DNA from: Callorhinchus milii
Lineage: Eukaryota
Assembly: GCF_018977255.1 (NCBI RefSeq)
Contig: NW_024704743.1
Span: 26,724,001-26,788,000 of the forward strand
Length of the DNA: 64,000 nucleotides
Reading direction: 5' to 3'
Below, piece by piece: positions 50,917 through 63,132 of this stretch; position 1 is the stretch's first letter, and the number at the start of each line of letters is the position of its first letter. The notes under the pieces were generated by a model. That model worked only from the letters and a program-made list of their open reading frames with translations. It was not told the DNA's origin and did not search any database. The position numbers and the translations under genes are program-made.

Positions 50917-51612
50917 AGTAAGAATTGCACCTGTATCTAAAATCTGAACTTTTACGCAGAACTTGGCAAATTATTAAATGCACCCTTCATTTTAATGTCT
51001 TTTTTGTAAGTTCTTTACAAGCTTTTTGTAGCTCAGCTTGAGACAGATGATTATGAGTTCAAGTTCTATGTTGGGACTTTGAATTCACTCAGTCAAGGCT
51101 GACAATCCAGGGCAGTGTTGGGTCTGCTATTCAAAAAAGAGAAGAGTTTTTTCTGATGTCCATCCACCATTCCCCAAATAAATTTGGCTCTTCTCTTCAT
51201 AGTTGTTTGTGGGATATTGCCGTGTGAAAATTGGCTGTCACGTTCACCTACAAAAAACACAATCACTACACCAGTGCTTCGGGACGTCCTCCCTACATGA
51301 AAGGCGCTATACAAATGTAATTTTGTCGTTTGCTATTGTTGAAGCGCTCTGAGACGCCATCCGGCATGGAGGGCGCTATATAAATCCAAGTTGTTATTGT
51401 TGTTGTTGTGGTTGCAAATCCTGTGAAGCACTTTGAGACATCATCACAACAAGAAAGCTGCTATATTAAGTGCAAGGATTATTTTTTATTAAGAACGACA
51501 GAAAAAGTGGCTTTAAAGTTAAAACTGAATTTCAATGATTTGCCAAATCTGCATGCTTTGAAATGTTACATAAATAGAGTAAATCTAGACCCAGGTAGAA
51601 TTCCTTCTCCAT
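50917..51612. mobile_element. Old non-autonomous TIR element (MITE-like) interrupted by a Deu-SINE and two L2 tails
   Basis: Left end agtaagaattgcacctgtatctaaaatc approximates the reverse complement of right end aaatctagacccaggtagaattccttct; related ends at 17371-17402, 29576-29681, 47482-47510. Confidence 0.5.
51025..51490 (+). mobile_element. Old Deu-domain SINE carrying stacked L2 type-B (51272-51340) and type-A (51341-51412) tails
   Basis: gttgtttgtgggatattgccgtgtgaaaattggctgtc, then two L2 tails, then the SINE tail gtgaagcactttgagac...gcaaggattatt. Confidence 0.8.
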
Positions 51613-52279
51613 AGGCTTATTGATGAGATTGCGTCAATGCTGGAGCGTTCAGCTATATTTTACTTTAACCAAATGACTGAATGCAGATCAAACACATTGA
51701 AACCAATTAAAAGAATCTGATGTTCTCCATGGATGCTCATGTTATTTAAGTGCATCTCTTCTACCATTTGAAGAAATGGGGGAAGGAACAAGGAGGAATT
51801 CTTTAAATGGATTATCTTGATAGTCATTTAAATAAAACTAAAACAGCGGGATAAGTGTTTAACGCTACCAACATTGCTTCCCCCACTTTCCTTATCCTTG
51901 AAGAATGTTTCAGAACAGATTAAAGAGATTGAATAGTACTTAGCCCTCCGAATGGATAATGTGACACAGTGAATAATAAGGCATTGAAAATAGATAATCC
52001 AGGGTTGAGTGGTCCCTCATGTCAGAAAGGGACATGCTATAGTGTGAAATGAAAATTACAATGGAAATGAATGCTGTATTGCAATGAATGTTCTGTAACA
52101 TGTTTATTAATAGAGCATTTCATACTTCCGCTGTCTCCTCAAAAAATAACAGATTGAATTCAAGATTCTCGCCCTCAAATTCAAACTTCTCACCACCACT
52201 CAGTCAGTCACCACTAGCCCCTCTGTAATCCTACTGCCTTAGCTGCATTTTAGTTGTGCAGGCTTTCCCCCATCCACAT

Positions 52280-52649
52280 GGAGGCACTTAGCATAGTGGT
52301 TACTCCACTCACCTCTCAAGCGAGAGGACCTGGTTTCGATTCCTGGGCAGGGCAAATCCTTAGGCAAGTTTGCTTACTCTGCACGTCTCTGTTTATCTCG
52401 CAATGAGTAAGAACCCGGTTGTTAGGTGATTTGTGGATCACTTTTCCAGGGGTAATAATCCCTCCCCACAAAAAACTGGTCACTCAATCCATGACTGTGT
52501 GTGGGACACAATTGGCTGCTGCATTTCACCCACAAAATACATAGTCAATCTACTTCACAATATATTCTGTAAAGTGCTTTAAGACATCTAAATGATGTGA
52601 TAAACCACTATAATCAAAAGCAAGGATGATGATGATTATTATTACTATT
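52280..52649 (+). mobile_element. tRNA-derived SINE, long form, more diverged variant
   Basis: tagcatagtggtta...caagcgagaggacctggtttcgattcc; ggcaagtttgcttactctgcacgtctctgtttatc; tail caaggatgatgatgattatt. Confidence 0.85.
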
Positions 52650-52686
52650 TCCTTTCCTCCATACCTTCAAAATCCTCCTTAAGATA

Positions 52687-53214
52687 GTGTGACAGCCTGA
52701 CTTAGTTGGTAGCATTCCCTCCTCTGAGTCAGTGGCTGTGGGTTCAAGCCCTAAGTCAAGACATGGAACCCAACTAACACAGTCTCTGCTGACACTCCAA
52801 TGTGGTGCTCTGAATGTGCTGCATTGTCGGAGGGGATGCCCTTCAGATATTAAACTAACATCATGTCTGCCTGTCCAGGTGCATGTCAAAGATCCCATAG
52901 GATCAGATAATTATTTGTGGAGGACACATTTGCAGGGCTGTGGGGAGAGAGAGGGGCAGTGGGATTGAATTGGATAGCTCTTTTCAAAGAGCCGACACAG
53001 ACACGATGGGATAAATGGCCTCCTTCTGTGATGTATGTTTCTATGATTCTATGATTACTTGAAAAGAGAAGGGAGTTTTTCCCTGTGTCCTGGGCAACAA
53101 TTCCCAGAATAAAATTGGTCACTTTCTCCAGTGATGTTTTTGAAACATTGCTGTGTGAAAATTGCCTGCTGTGTTTGCCCACTTTACATACTGTGAAGCA
53201 CTTTGAGACATCTC
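52687..53214 (+). mobile_element. Old Deu-domain SINE interrupted by a CR1 3' end (about 52902-53057)
   Basis: SINE to aaagatcccatagg; then CR1 3'UTR ...aatggcctccttctgtgatgtatgtttctatgattctatgatt; SINE resumes at ttgaaaagagaagggag. Confidence 0.85.
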
Positions 53215-53680
53215 AACAACAACAACTTGGATTTATATAGCGCCCTCCATGCAGGATGGTGTCTCAGAGCACTTCACAGTAATGGATCCCGGGGCCGAGC
53301 CAGGGGGAGGGGGAGGAAAGTGACCAAAGGCACCGTCGAAAAGAAAGGTCTTCAGCCAAGACCTGAAAATAGGAAGAGAGTGGGCGAGGCGAAGGGAGTG
53401 AGGAAGGGAGTTCCAGAGCCTCAGGGCATAGTGGCTGAAGGCACGGCCGCCGATGGTGGAGCGGAGGATTCGGGGGTCAAGGAGGAGGCCAGACCCGATG
53501 GAGCAAAGGCAATGAGCACTGTTGTGAGGAGAGAGGAGGTCAGAGAGGTAGGGGGGTGCAGAGGAGTGGAGGGATTTGAAGACAAGAGTGAGGATTTTGA
53601 AGTCGATCCCCTCTGGGACAGGCAGCCAGTGCAGTTTGGCAAGGACTGGTGTAATCGGGGAGTGGAGTTTGGTGCGACAT
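53214..53680 (-). mobile_element. Young L2 3' fragment (type A tail) inserted in a SINE tail
   Basis: Very similar to 24635-25064 and 44225-44668; begins at gagacatctcaac|aacaacaacttggatttatatagcg. Confidence 0.95.
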
Positions 53681-53683
53681 TGA

Positions 53684-53845
53684 CAATAATAATAATAATC
53701 CTTGCATTTGATATAACGTCTTATCGCGCCTCAAAGCGCTTCACAGAATATACTGTAAAGTGAATTGACTGTATATTTTGTGGGCAAAATGAGGCAGCCA
53801 ATTGTGCGCAGCAGTGTCCCACAAGAGCCAGGGATTGAGTGACCA
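53684..53845 (-). mobile_element. Young SINE 3' half
   Basis: aataataatccttgcatttgatataacg...cagccaattgtgcgcagcagtgtcccacaa. Confidence 0.85.
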
Positions 53846-56519
53846 ATACTCAAAACTTGTATCTCTCAAAACTGGCTTGAGTGATACATCAAGTGCAAGG
53901 ATTATTATAAGGTGCATCTCTCAGACTGTGCCTATTGCCTTTTGCCTTTCCCTCTCCTTCTGTTCACATGCCCCCACCACCCAGTCAGTTGTGTGAAGCA
54001 CTTTGAAATGTCCAAACTTGAAAGGTATTATGTAAATATAAATTGTTATCTTTGCTATATTTCTGATGATGTGTGTATTAGTGAGAGTGACAATTTAGAA
54101 CATGCTTCCTGGCCTTCCTTACATTATGGCCATAGTACAAACATTAATGGATAGCTTTTAGCAAAGCTCTCTACTTCTATAGAGGAACAGAAGAGCTGCT
54201 GCAGCTATTGAACATAATGCTTTGATCAAAAAAGCCTGCACAGAAGGCTGGAAGTGAAGTATCACATAACACTTCTTCCTATGTTATTCTTTTCCCAGAC
54301 AGTGTTGTCACCTGGCACTGGGGGTGAATCTCTGATGGTTGGTTAATTGATTGACCTTGGTGAAGGGTTGCAAAGGGCACATTCAGGCAGACACCTGGAA
54401 GTATTTATTTACACAAAAGTCAATTGAATACTGAAATGGTAACCAGGAAGGGTGGTGAAATCTGCATGCTGGAGTCATTTAAGAAACAGCTTGATGCTGC
54501 CATAGGAAGATGGTTAGATGGGTGTTCTGAAAGAATAAGGTGAAATGGGCCAAAGAGCCTAATTATCTAAACCACTCTTTTGATACTGGAGTCTTATGTG
54601 AATTTGTGCAGGGAATATCTACTTCTAATTCCTTTCTAAATTCACTAAAGGAGAATCACTCCCACAATCTCTCATATGGTGAGGCAAAATATGCATTTAT
54701 ATCATTGAATATCATTGAATCCTGGTGGTTTGTGAGAATTTACTGTACACAAATTGACTATTGCATTTGCCTAAAATTACTTTATTAATCTTCACAGCAA
54801 TTACCTATGAAGCGTTTTGCAGCTATATAGAATGATTGTTATTAGATCAATTTGGTTACTGTATGGAAATATATCAATTCATGTATATAGTCATTCACTT
54901 ATGTATATCTATGTGGTTTGTTTGATTGTATCGTGCATGTATTTTAGCACACAATGATTTCTTTATGTGCTTCGATTTGGAAAAAAATCTCTACGTGATG
55001 CATGAATTTTAATAGGTGATGGAAGTATTTCACTAGATAGTATTTCATATGTGCATTCAATGTTTTGCAAAGTCTATAACATTTCATTAGCAGACAGTCT
55101 TGTGTTTTGAATCCCCAGCACTGCTGCTAAAATTGTGTTTCTTGACTTATGCTTGATGAGTGAGGAGCTGAGTATTTTACACTTTTTGTTCCTCAGTATG
55201 TGGCTGCGAGCAACAAGCAATCTATTCTACCCAGAGATGAGCGCCAAACACCAGAAGGTATTTGCTTAGTGAGTGAATTTAAGTTAATTGCTAAGTTACG
55301 TACAACAATTGCTTCATAAAGCCCGATACATTCAAAAATAGAAAAATAATTTATTAAAATAGTTAGGGTGATTTTAGTTCTGTTAGTTGAAGCTATCGAT
55401 AAACGAAGAGAAGAAGAAGATAAGTTTTATGCACAATTCTGGGACACGTTAACTTTATAGCCTTTCCTGTCATCATGAACCTCTTCCTCGCATCTTGACT
55501 TGTCTTGTGTGCTGAGGGGCAGACACGAGGGAGCCAGTTCATCCAATCTCTTCTTCCAGGGAACTGGATGTGGGGTATGTTTGGAAGAACCAAAGATCAC
55601 AGCCGTCCTCGTCATTTTTCCCTCAGCACCAAGCATTTCTGCCTGTGAAAAACTGGCCTTTCTGCTATGCAATTATTCTAAGTTTATTTCTCCAATGCTA
55701 TTGATTCAGCCCCCAATTTATTTCTTATGAGCTAATGACCTCATTAACTGCTCATTATAACACCATTTAGGGCTTCACATCACCTTTTCTGACGATTTAC
55801 TTAAATCTTCCCTCTTTTGGGCAGCAGGAAGATTGTTCAGGGAAAAACTGTGACTTATCTGATGCTCACTACTCAGATGGATTTACTGACTAAAAGTTGT
55901 TTTAAAAGCTCTCACTGCTGATATCGGGAAAATTGCCTCCGATGTGATTATCCATCCGTGTGTGTTTGCAATAACCACCATGTTAAAAGGATTTTTTTTA
56001 GGTTGTATTCATCCTATCAGATGTCTTTTTTGGAAAATAAAGCTTTAGTTAAGATGTTATTTTTATTCAATTATGATTTTGCCCAGAAAACAAATACATA
56101 GTTCAATCCAATTGAATTCTGACCAATATACCAATTACTGTTCATAACACAGGCACTTTCCTGAAGGGCATGTAATTGTATTGGCTCCTATTGAGTTGGA
56201 TGAAGACTGATGTAAAAGGAAACAAAAGCTATATTTCATGTTGAAGTTTTGTGATGGCTTTTGTTACAGACTGATTTCCTTTCCTTATCACAGTGCCTTA
56301 AAATGCCTCAGAGCATTATTATCTGCCTTCACATATGTCACATTAAAGGTGGTGAAGGATTAATATCCTCTTAACACAAATGCACCAAAAGATTGACCTT
56401 TACCCTGATGACAGTCCAAATGAAATAGTACAGGCTAGTGAGGTGAATGTTAATGAAACCTGACTCAGTCTGCGTCAAAATGACCAGTTTGCCTATTTTA
56501 TTGGCTGTGCTGATTATCT

Positions 56520-57420
56520 TTTTCAGGACTTTGAATTTACATAGCCTAGACTGACACGCCAATACACTGCAGAGGCTGCATTGCATTGTTGGAAGTGTCG
56601 TCCTTCAGATAAGATTGCAATTGTGTTCTCATCTGCCTGTTCACGAGGATGTTAAAGATCTATGGTACTATTTGAAAGTCTCTCTCCAGTATCCAGGCCA
56701 ATACTCCCCAAACTAAAATTGGTCATTCACCTCATAGATATTTGTGGGACAATACTGTGCACAAATTTCTTTATGAAACACTGGTTAGGCCTCAGCGAGA
56801 CTACTGTGTTCAGTTCTGGTCACCACATTTTAGGAAGGATGTCAAGGCATTGGAGAGGGTGCAAAGGAGATTTACCAGTACGGTATCAGGAATGAGGGAC
56901 TTCAGCAGAGGCTAGAGAGGCTAGGATTATTCTCCTTGGAGCAGAGAAGGTTAAGAGGAGACTTAATAGAAGTTTTCAAAATTCTGAGGGGATTCGATAT
57001 AGTGAACAAGGAGAAACTATTTCCACTGGCGGGTGGGTTGGTAACCCGAGGGCTAAAATAGTTGTTAAAAGAAACAGAGGGGAGGTGAGGAGAATTTTTT
57101 CACACAGTGAGTTGTTCAGATCTGGAATGCATTGCCTGAAAGGGTGGTGGAAGCCGATTCGATAACAACTTTTAAGAGAGCAATAGATAATTATTTGGGG
57201 AGGACAAGTTTGCAGGGCTATGGGGAGAGAGTGGGGGAGTGGGATTGAATTGGACAAATGGGCCGAATGGCCTCGTTTTGTGCTGTATAATTCTATGATT
57301 CTATGAAATTGACTGCTGCATTCACCTACAAAAATACAGAGTCATTTCACTTTACAGTAAATACTGTGAAGCAATTTGAAACGTTCTCCCAATGTAAAAG
57401 ATGTTATACCAAATTATTTT
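56520..57420 (+). mobile_element. Old Deu-domain SINE split by a CR1 insertion
   Basis: SINE to actgtgcacaaatt (56767), resumes at aaattgactgctgc (57306). Confidence 0.8.
56768..57305 (+). mobile_element. CR1 3' fragment with (attctatg)n tail
   Basis: ctggttaggcctcagcgagactactgtgttcagttctggtcaccacattttaggaaggatgtcaaggcattggagagggtgcaaagg encodes a LVRP..YCVQFWSPHFRKDVKALERVQR-type motif; ends gggccgaatggcc...ttctatgattctatg. Confidence 0.92.
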
Positions 57421-57474
57421 CACATATATATTATATATATTCATTCTTTTGAAAGATTAAGATGGTAAGACACT

Positions 57475-58668
57475 AGCTCTAGCTAGGCTCCACTGGCTTC
57501 CTATCACTGAGTGGATCACTTTTAAGATCCTTACACTCGTCCTCAAATCCCTTCATGCCCTGACATCTCTCCGACCTGCTTAACCCTCAACCCACTACCC
57601 ATTTTGTCTGCTCGACTGGCTTCAGCTTCCTCCTTGTCACTTGTCACCAACCTCACTAAGCCAGTCAGGAACCTGGGTGTCTTGTTCGACCCTGAGCTGC
57701 CCTTTCTCCCCCACATCCGCGCCATGACCAGCACTGTCTACCACCACCTCCACAACATCGCCAGACTCTGCCACTGCCTCACCCCTCAGGCTGCTGAAAC
57801 CCTCATCGATGCATTTGTCACCACAAGGCTCGATTATGGAAACTCCCTCCTCATCAGCCTTCCCAACTCTTCCCTTCACAAGCTGCAGATCATCCAAAAC
57901 TCTGCAGCTCGTGTACTCTCACGCATCAGACTCCTTGACCCCATCACTCCCACCCTCGCCCGACTCCACTGGCTGCTCATCCCCCAGAGGATCGAATTCA
58001 AGATCTCGTCGTCACTTTCAAGGCCATCCATGGTCTTACCCCCTCCTACCTCTCTGACCTGCCTACTCCTTACTAAACTGCCCGCTTCCTCTATTCAGCG
58101 GGCTCCGGTCTGCTCCATGTCTCCCGCCCGACCCGCCCTACCATCGGTGGCCAGACTTTCAGCCTCTCTGCCCCCATACTCTGGAATTCCATCCCACAGT
58201 CCCTTCACCTCGCTTCCTCCCTTGCCTCCTTCAAGGCCAGTCTCAAGACCCTTCTCTTCGATCGTGCTTTTGGTCGCCCTCCCACCTCTCTACCTTCCCT
58301 TACCCCCACACCACCCCCCCTCCCCCATGCTCGGGCCCCGACATCTGTCTGTTCAGCGCTTTGAGATGTCCTCCCAATGTGAAAGGCGGTCTAAAAATTT
58401 AATTTTGTTGTTGTTGTGCCTTGTGCCCTCCGTTCCACCATCTGTTGCTGCGCTTTCAGCCACTACGCCCTAAAATTCTGGAACACTCTTCTTCTATCCC
58501 TCAACCATGCCCCTTCCTTCCCCATTTTCAGGTCGAGCCCGAAGCCCTTCCTCTTCATGCCTATGATCATCTCCCCCTCTCCCTAGCTTGGCATCGTGCT
58601 CAGCCACTGTCAAGCGCTCTGGGACACTACCCTGCGTGAGACACACTATATAAGTACAAGTTGTTGTT
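57475..58668 (+). mobile_element. Older L2 (type C; 57475-57640 and 58417-58668) interrupted by a younger L2
   Basis: The left part encodes LARLHWLP...FKIL; it resumes after the inner tail with STI..AFSHYA..WN and a type-C tail. Confidence 0.8.
57640..58416 (+). mobile_element. L2 ORF2 C-terminal fragment with type-B tail (longest L2 piece in window)
   Basis: ORF 57604..58473 VRNLGVLFDPELPF...AETLIDAFVTTRLDYGNSLL...LQIIQNSAARVL...ITPTLARLHWL..IEFKI, then a frameshift. Confidence 0.95.
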
Positions 58669-59099
58669 AAGGGCAGAGCAACCTGACTGCAGGTTTAGCA
58701 GTGCTGGTTATTATGTGTGCACAAATGGTTGGGAATCAATGTACCCTTGTGAAATTATCTGCAAATGCTTTCTGTGTCTGTAAATTGGTACTTTTTTACA
58801 GTATAATTTATGACAGTGACTTTTCTGAAGGCTACGTTTGTGCACAAGTTTCACAGGTTAATCTGTTTCAGAACAGAATAAAAAAATGAGAAGATGCTGA
58901 TATTTAAATAGAGGTATATTGAATTCAAAGGAGGGTCAAAAACATGAGGGAGAGGGAGAAAAGGAGAGAAATAGATGTCAAGAATGAAAAAGAGAAAGGA
59001 GGAAGCAAAATGATGCTGACAAATAGTACTCTAATTGTGTCATAGACACACACAGAGAGAAACTATTTAATTAATTGTCTCTATCTAAACAGTGCTTTA

Positions 59100-59114
59100 C
59101 CAGTAGATGGCAAC
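59100..59114 (+). promoter_or_regulatory. CTCF-like core motif
   Basis: CCAGTAGATGGCAAC fits CCASYAGRKGGCR in repeat-free sequence; motif match only. Confidence 0.35.
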
Positions 59115-60485
59115 AGCGACTTTAATTCAAAGAGCTGCACAAAAGGTCTGCTTCAAGGTCTGTTCAGTCCGATCCACTTCATTTTACCAGTTGCAAGAGA
59201 GATTGCCTTTAAAATTAAGATTCCCTACCAAAACTGCTCCTGACCCTATTAAGGAGAGAAGCAGGACACTGAGTTTTACTGAGCAAGAGTGACAGATTTC
59301 TTTTTGTAAAGAAGCTTTGAAAACAAAGGAGAAATTTTCCCTGTAATGTTCGAGTGGTGTCCTTGCCCACATTTCCCTCGCAGAGCACCAGACAATGACA
59401 AGCAGCCACACAAGAAGCCACGTTAATACACAATTAACATATGGTACATCCAGAGCTGACACTGTGACAAATCAAGCTGCTATGTAAAATCTCATACCTG
59501 TGCCATTGCGGTGCAGATAATATCAAGGTTATTTCAACACTGCACACAACGTTAAATTAAACTCTCTGTGGCACTGTGATACGCTGATTGGAGAAAAAAT
59601 AATGTTAAATTATACAAAATTACCAGTAGAAAGTTTATTAAATCTCAGCAAAAAATGTAATTTTTGATGACACATTCATTGTGATAATTGAGCAGTTTTC
59701 AAGATGATGGCTGAGCAATTTTGAAAACATTATTGGGCGAAGCCATTGTGCCTGTGACTATCCTCCTTTGAGATGGAGTTAAGTGGAGTCTCCTTGGAGC
59801 TAAATAGGCTGAAAGATGACATGCCTGGCAATGGAAAGTCAGAATCGAGCCAACTCTGTGCCGTTTCGGTGGTCTGGTTCCTGAGCCAGGCGGGTCCGTA
59901 AAACTTCAGGGCCTATTGCCAGAATTGAGCCAACCCTCTGAGGCGTCTCAGTAATCAGGTTCTTGAGCCTGCTCCAGGGCACTGCTGATGACAGCATAGC
60001 CAGCCTGGCTCATCGGCAAAACTCGGAGAGGCAGACCGGTCAGGGATTCTTCCCACTCAGCTCTAGTTAACTCTCCAAGACCTAATTTGGAGATTAGGGC
60101 TTGGAGGGTTTGTGCTTCCTAATTCTTCAGAGTATTAAGCTCCTGCCAATCTGTGCCTAAATATTTGCTGGAATTAGGTAAGTAGGTTGCAGCCCTCCAG
60201 GGAGAGATTGTGCATTCCACATCAGACACAGAAACATTTCCATGTGTAGGTGGTATACATGGAAATCTGAATCTGGTTTGAATGCTTTTAAGTATGGTGA
60301 TGGGTTCCCACATGCATCAGACGTCCGACTGACCACAAAGAAAGTTGTGCCTAGGAGACGTTAAGGGAAGTTTAAAACATAATTTTGACTGAAATGTGAT
60401 TAGTTAACAGATTGAATATGATAGCACTGTGGTAATTTAAGTTACTGTATATAGGAAATAAAAATACAAGGTGGATTTATTCCAA

Positions 60486-60856
60486 AATAATAATAATCAT
60501 TGCATGTGATATAGTGCATTATCATGTCATTGAGATATCTCAAAGAACTTCATAGAATATATTGTAAAGTGGATTGACTGTGTATTCTATGATCGATACT
60601 TGGCAGCCAACTCTGTACAGCAGTGTCCCACAAACAGCTGTGGATTGAGTGACTACATTTTTGTTTGGGAGGGAGGAGTATTAAACCACAGAAAGCGATC
60701 TGCCAACCAACTAACAACTGAATTCCTACTTACTGCTAGATAAACAATGGCATGTGGAGTAAGGCATCTTGCCTAAAGTTTCATCCTGCTGGGGAATCGA
60801 ACCCGGGTCCTCTCGCTTGCTAGATGAGTGCGCTAACCTCTACGCTACAGGACTCC
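60486..60856 (-). mobile_element. tRNA-derived SINE, long form, more diverged variant
   Basis: Head ggagtcctgtagcgtagaggttagcgcactc...ccgggttcgattcccc; full body and tail. Confidence 0.9.
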
Positions 60857-60949
60857 ATGGCTATGTTAGAAATTGAAGGAGGCTTTGGAGAGTTGATTCA
60901 TTGCTCATTACATCCAAACAGTGTGAGATAAAAATAAACAATAATTGTG

Positions 60950-61280
60950 ATAATAATAATTGGATTTGATCTAGCAACTCATCAACTCATTGAAACCTCC
61001 CAAAGGATTTCAAAGGATTTTCTTAAAAGGGTAGTAACTCTATACTTTATAGGCAAACATAACAGCCAGTCTGTGCACAGCAACATCCCAGAAAAAGCAA
61101 TGACCTGAATGATCAATTTTATTTGGGAGATTGTAGCCTAGGACACTTAAGAGAAATTCTCTTTTCTTTTTGGATAGTGCTGTGAAATCTTGGCAGATTT
61201 CTTGGCAAGTTCACCTGAAGAGGCAGACACGACCATGGTTTAAAATCCCTTCTGAAGGATGACACGTCTATCAATTCAAC
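60950..61280 (-). mobile_element. Old Deu-domain SINE, degenerate
   Basis: cagccagtctgtgcacagcaacatccca; ttcacctgaagaggcagac; ccatggtttaaaatcccttctgaaggatgacac. Confidence 0.7.
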
Positions 61281-62651
61281 CTTGAAAGCAACGTCTCAGA
61301 GGGGGCATATGGAAGTATATAGAAAGCTAAAATGAAAAAGAGAAAGTTAAAGCAGAATGATACTTTTGGATACGGCAATGCAACAAAAGAAAAGAGCAGT
61401 TTCCTGTGGAGAGATTTTGGTACAGACACTGGGGATTATTTCTTTACATTGAGAGTAATTAACTGCTGAAAAGGGTTAGAGGCCAGGACATTCGACTCAT
61501 AAGCAACAATAAGAATGTATACTTTTATACAGCCTTTCATAGGGAAGCATCTCAAAATGCTTCACCATGATGGGAGCGGGGGGAGTGATGGGGAGACCTG
61601 AGCAAGCTGAGAAATAGGAAGATGGGAGGAGAGAGGTGAACAAATTGTAGTTGAAGAGATAGGTTTTTAGAAGGGTTTTGAAGGGAGACAGGAATGAGCC
61701 TAACTTAACAAATAACTCATTACTGTAATAGGAAGATGGTAGGGTGTATAGTTTTGAAGGATGAGATCAAATGGGCTGAGGGCTTTCTATTCAAACCTCT
61801 CTTGTGATTATGACAGAATATAAACCCTGTATTTTCATAACAGCATCAGTATGTATGAATACATAAACACACTGTTTGTTCAGAAATCTGAAAAAGGTGC
61901 CTAATTTATTTTATTTCATGCACAATGTCTCTTGGCAGAAGTTCACAACATTCATATCTATGTCCAAATTTTCTCAAAGCATTTTACACAATAATCAACT
62001 TTCTTTTTGAAGTGCTGTGACTCCTGTTTTGTCGGAAAGTTCTGATTGTTTTATCCCCAAGTTTCCAATGTGCCAGTTCACAAGAACACTGAAACATTTT
62101 GTGGCAGATGTGTTATCCACAAACACAACTTGAAAACATATGTTGTCACAATCCCTTATAATTACTTCTGCACGAAAGAGGATGATGGGCGGCATTTCAG
62201 CTGGCGTTTCCATCGTCTGACTGCCAACATCTTAACATGAAGGATCTCAGGCTAATTTCAACCAAAGGTGGGAGATAGCTACCATTCTTTCTTGATCAAA
62301 CATGGAATGTGAATACTTACATCTGATTTCTTGTGTTTTTGAGTTTGCAAATAGTCGGCTTCAACCTCAATTGATAGTTCATTTCTCAGTATGCATCACT
62401 CTCCTTCCTATTTAGCATAGATATCTGGACCTTCTCTTTTCGCTTCTGCTCATTTGGTTAACTTAACTGAGCTGAATTACATGGAATATTAAGCACAGAA
62501 ACAGGTTATTCTGGTCAATTAGTTTGTGCCAGAGTTTATACCCCGCGTGAGTCTTTACCACTCCTGATTCCCTCCTCTACACCCCTCAATTCCCTTCTCT
62601 TTCATGTATGCATCAAGTTTCCTATTAAATACACTGATGCTTTCTGCTTTA

Positions 62652-63132
62652 ATGATAATAATCCTTGCACTTGATACAGCGCATTATCACGTCTTTAAGA
62701 CATCTCAAAGCACTTCACAGAATATATTGTAAAGTGGATTGACTGTGTCAATCCTTGTCAATCCTTCTTGTCCCCGAGTCCTCCACTCCACCCTCAGCAG
62801 CCGAGCCTTCAGCCACTATGCCCCGAGGCTCTGGAACTGCCTTCCTCACTCCCTTCATCTCGCTCTCTCTCTTCCCATTTTCAGGTCTCTGCTGAAGACC
62901 TTTCTTTTCAACCGCGCCTTTGGTCACCTTCCCCCCCCCCCGGATCCGAAACTATAAAGCGAAGTGAGACGCCGTCCGGCGTGGAGGGCGCTATATAAAT
63001 CCAAGTTGTTGTTGTGTGTTTCTTTGTCGAATGCGACGGCAAATCGTGCACAGCAGTGTTTCACAAACAGTTGTGGACTGAGTGATCAAATTATTGTTTT
63101 GGGATTTTTTTTTGAAGGGATTATTACCCCCT
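62652..63132 (-). mobile_element. Young SINE 3' half interrupted by an L2 type-A fragment (62749-63014, +)
   Basis: ORF 62739..62957 SRAFSHYAPRLWNCLPHSL...FRSLLKTFLF; SINE sequence on both sides; tgtgt at both junctions. Confidence 0.88.

Noticed and set aside
57604..58473. 289-aa ORF as a host gene
   Set aside because: L2 ORF2 C-terminus that frameshifts into low-complexity P/S-rich sequence; 5'-truncated retrotransposon.
59985..60025. Hammerhead starting at ctgatga
   Set aside because: No properly placed GAAA and no convincing stems.
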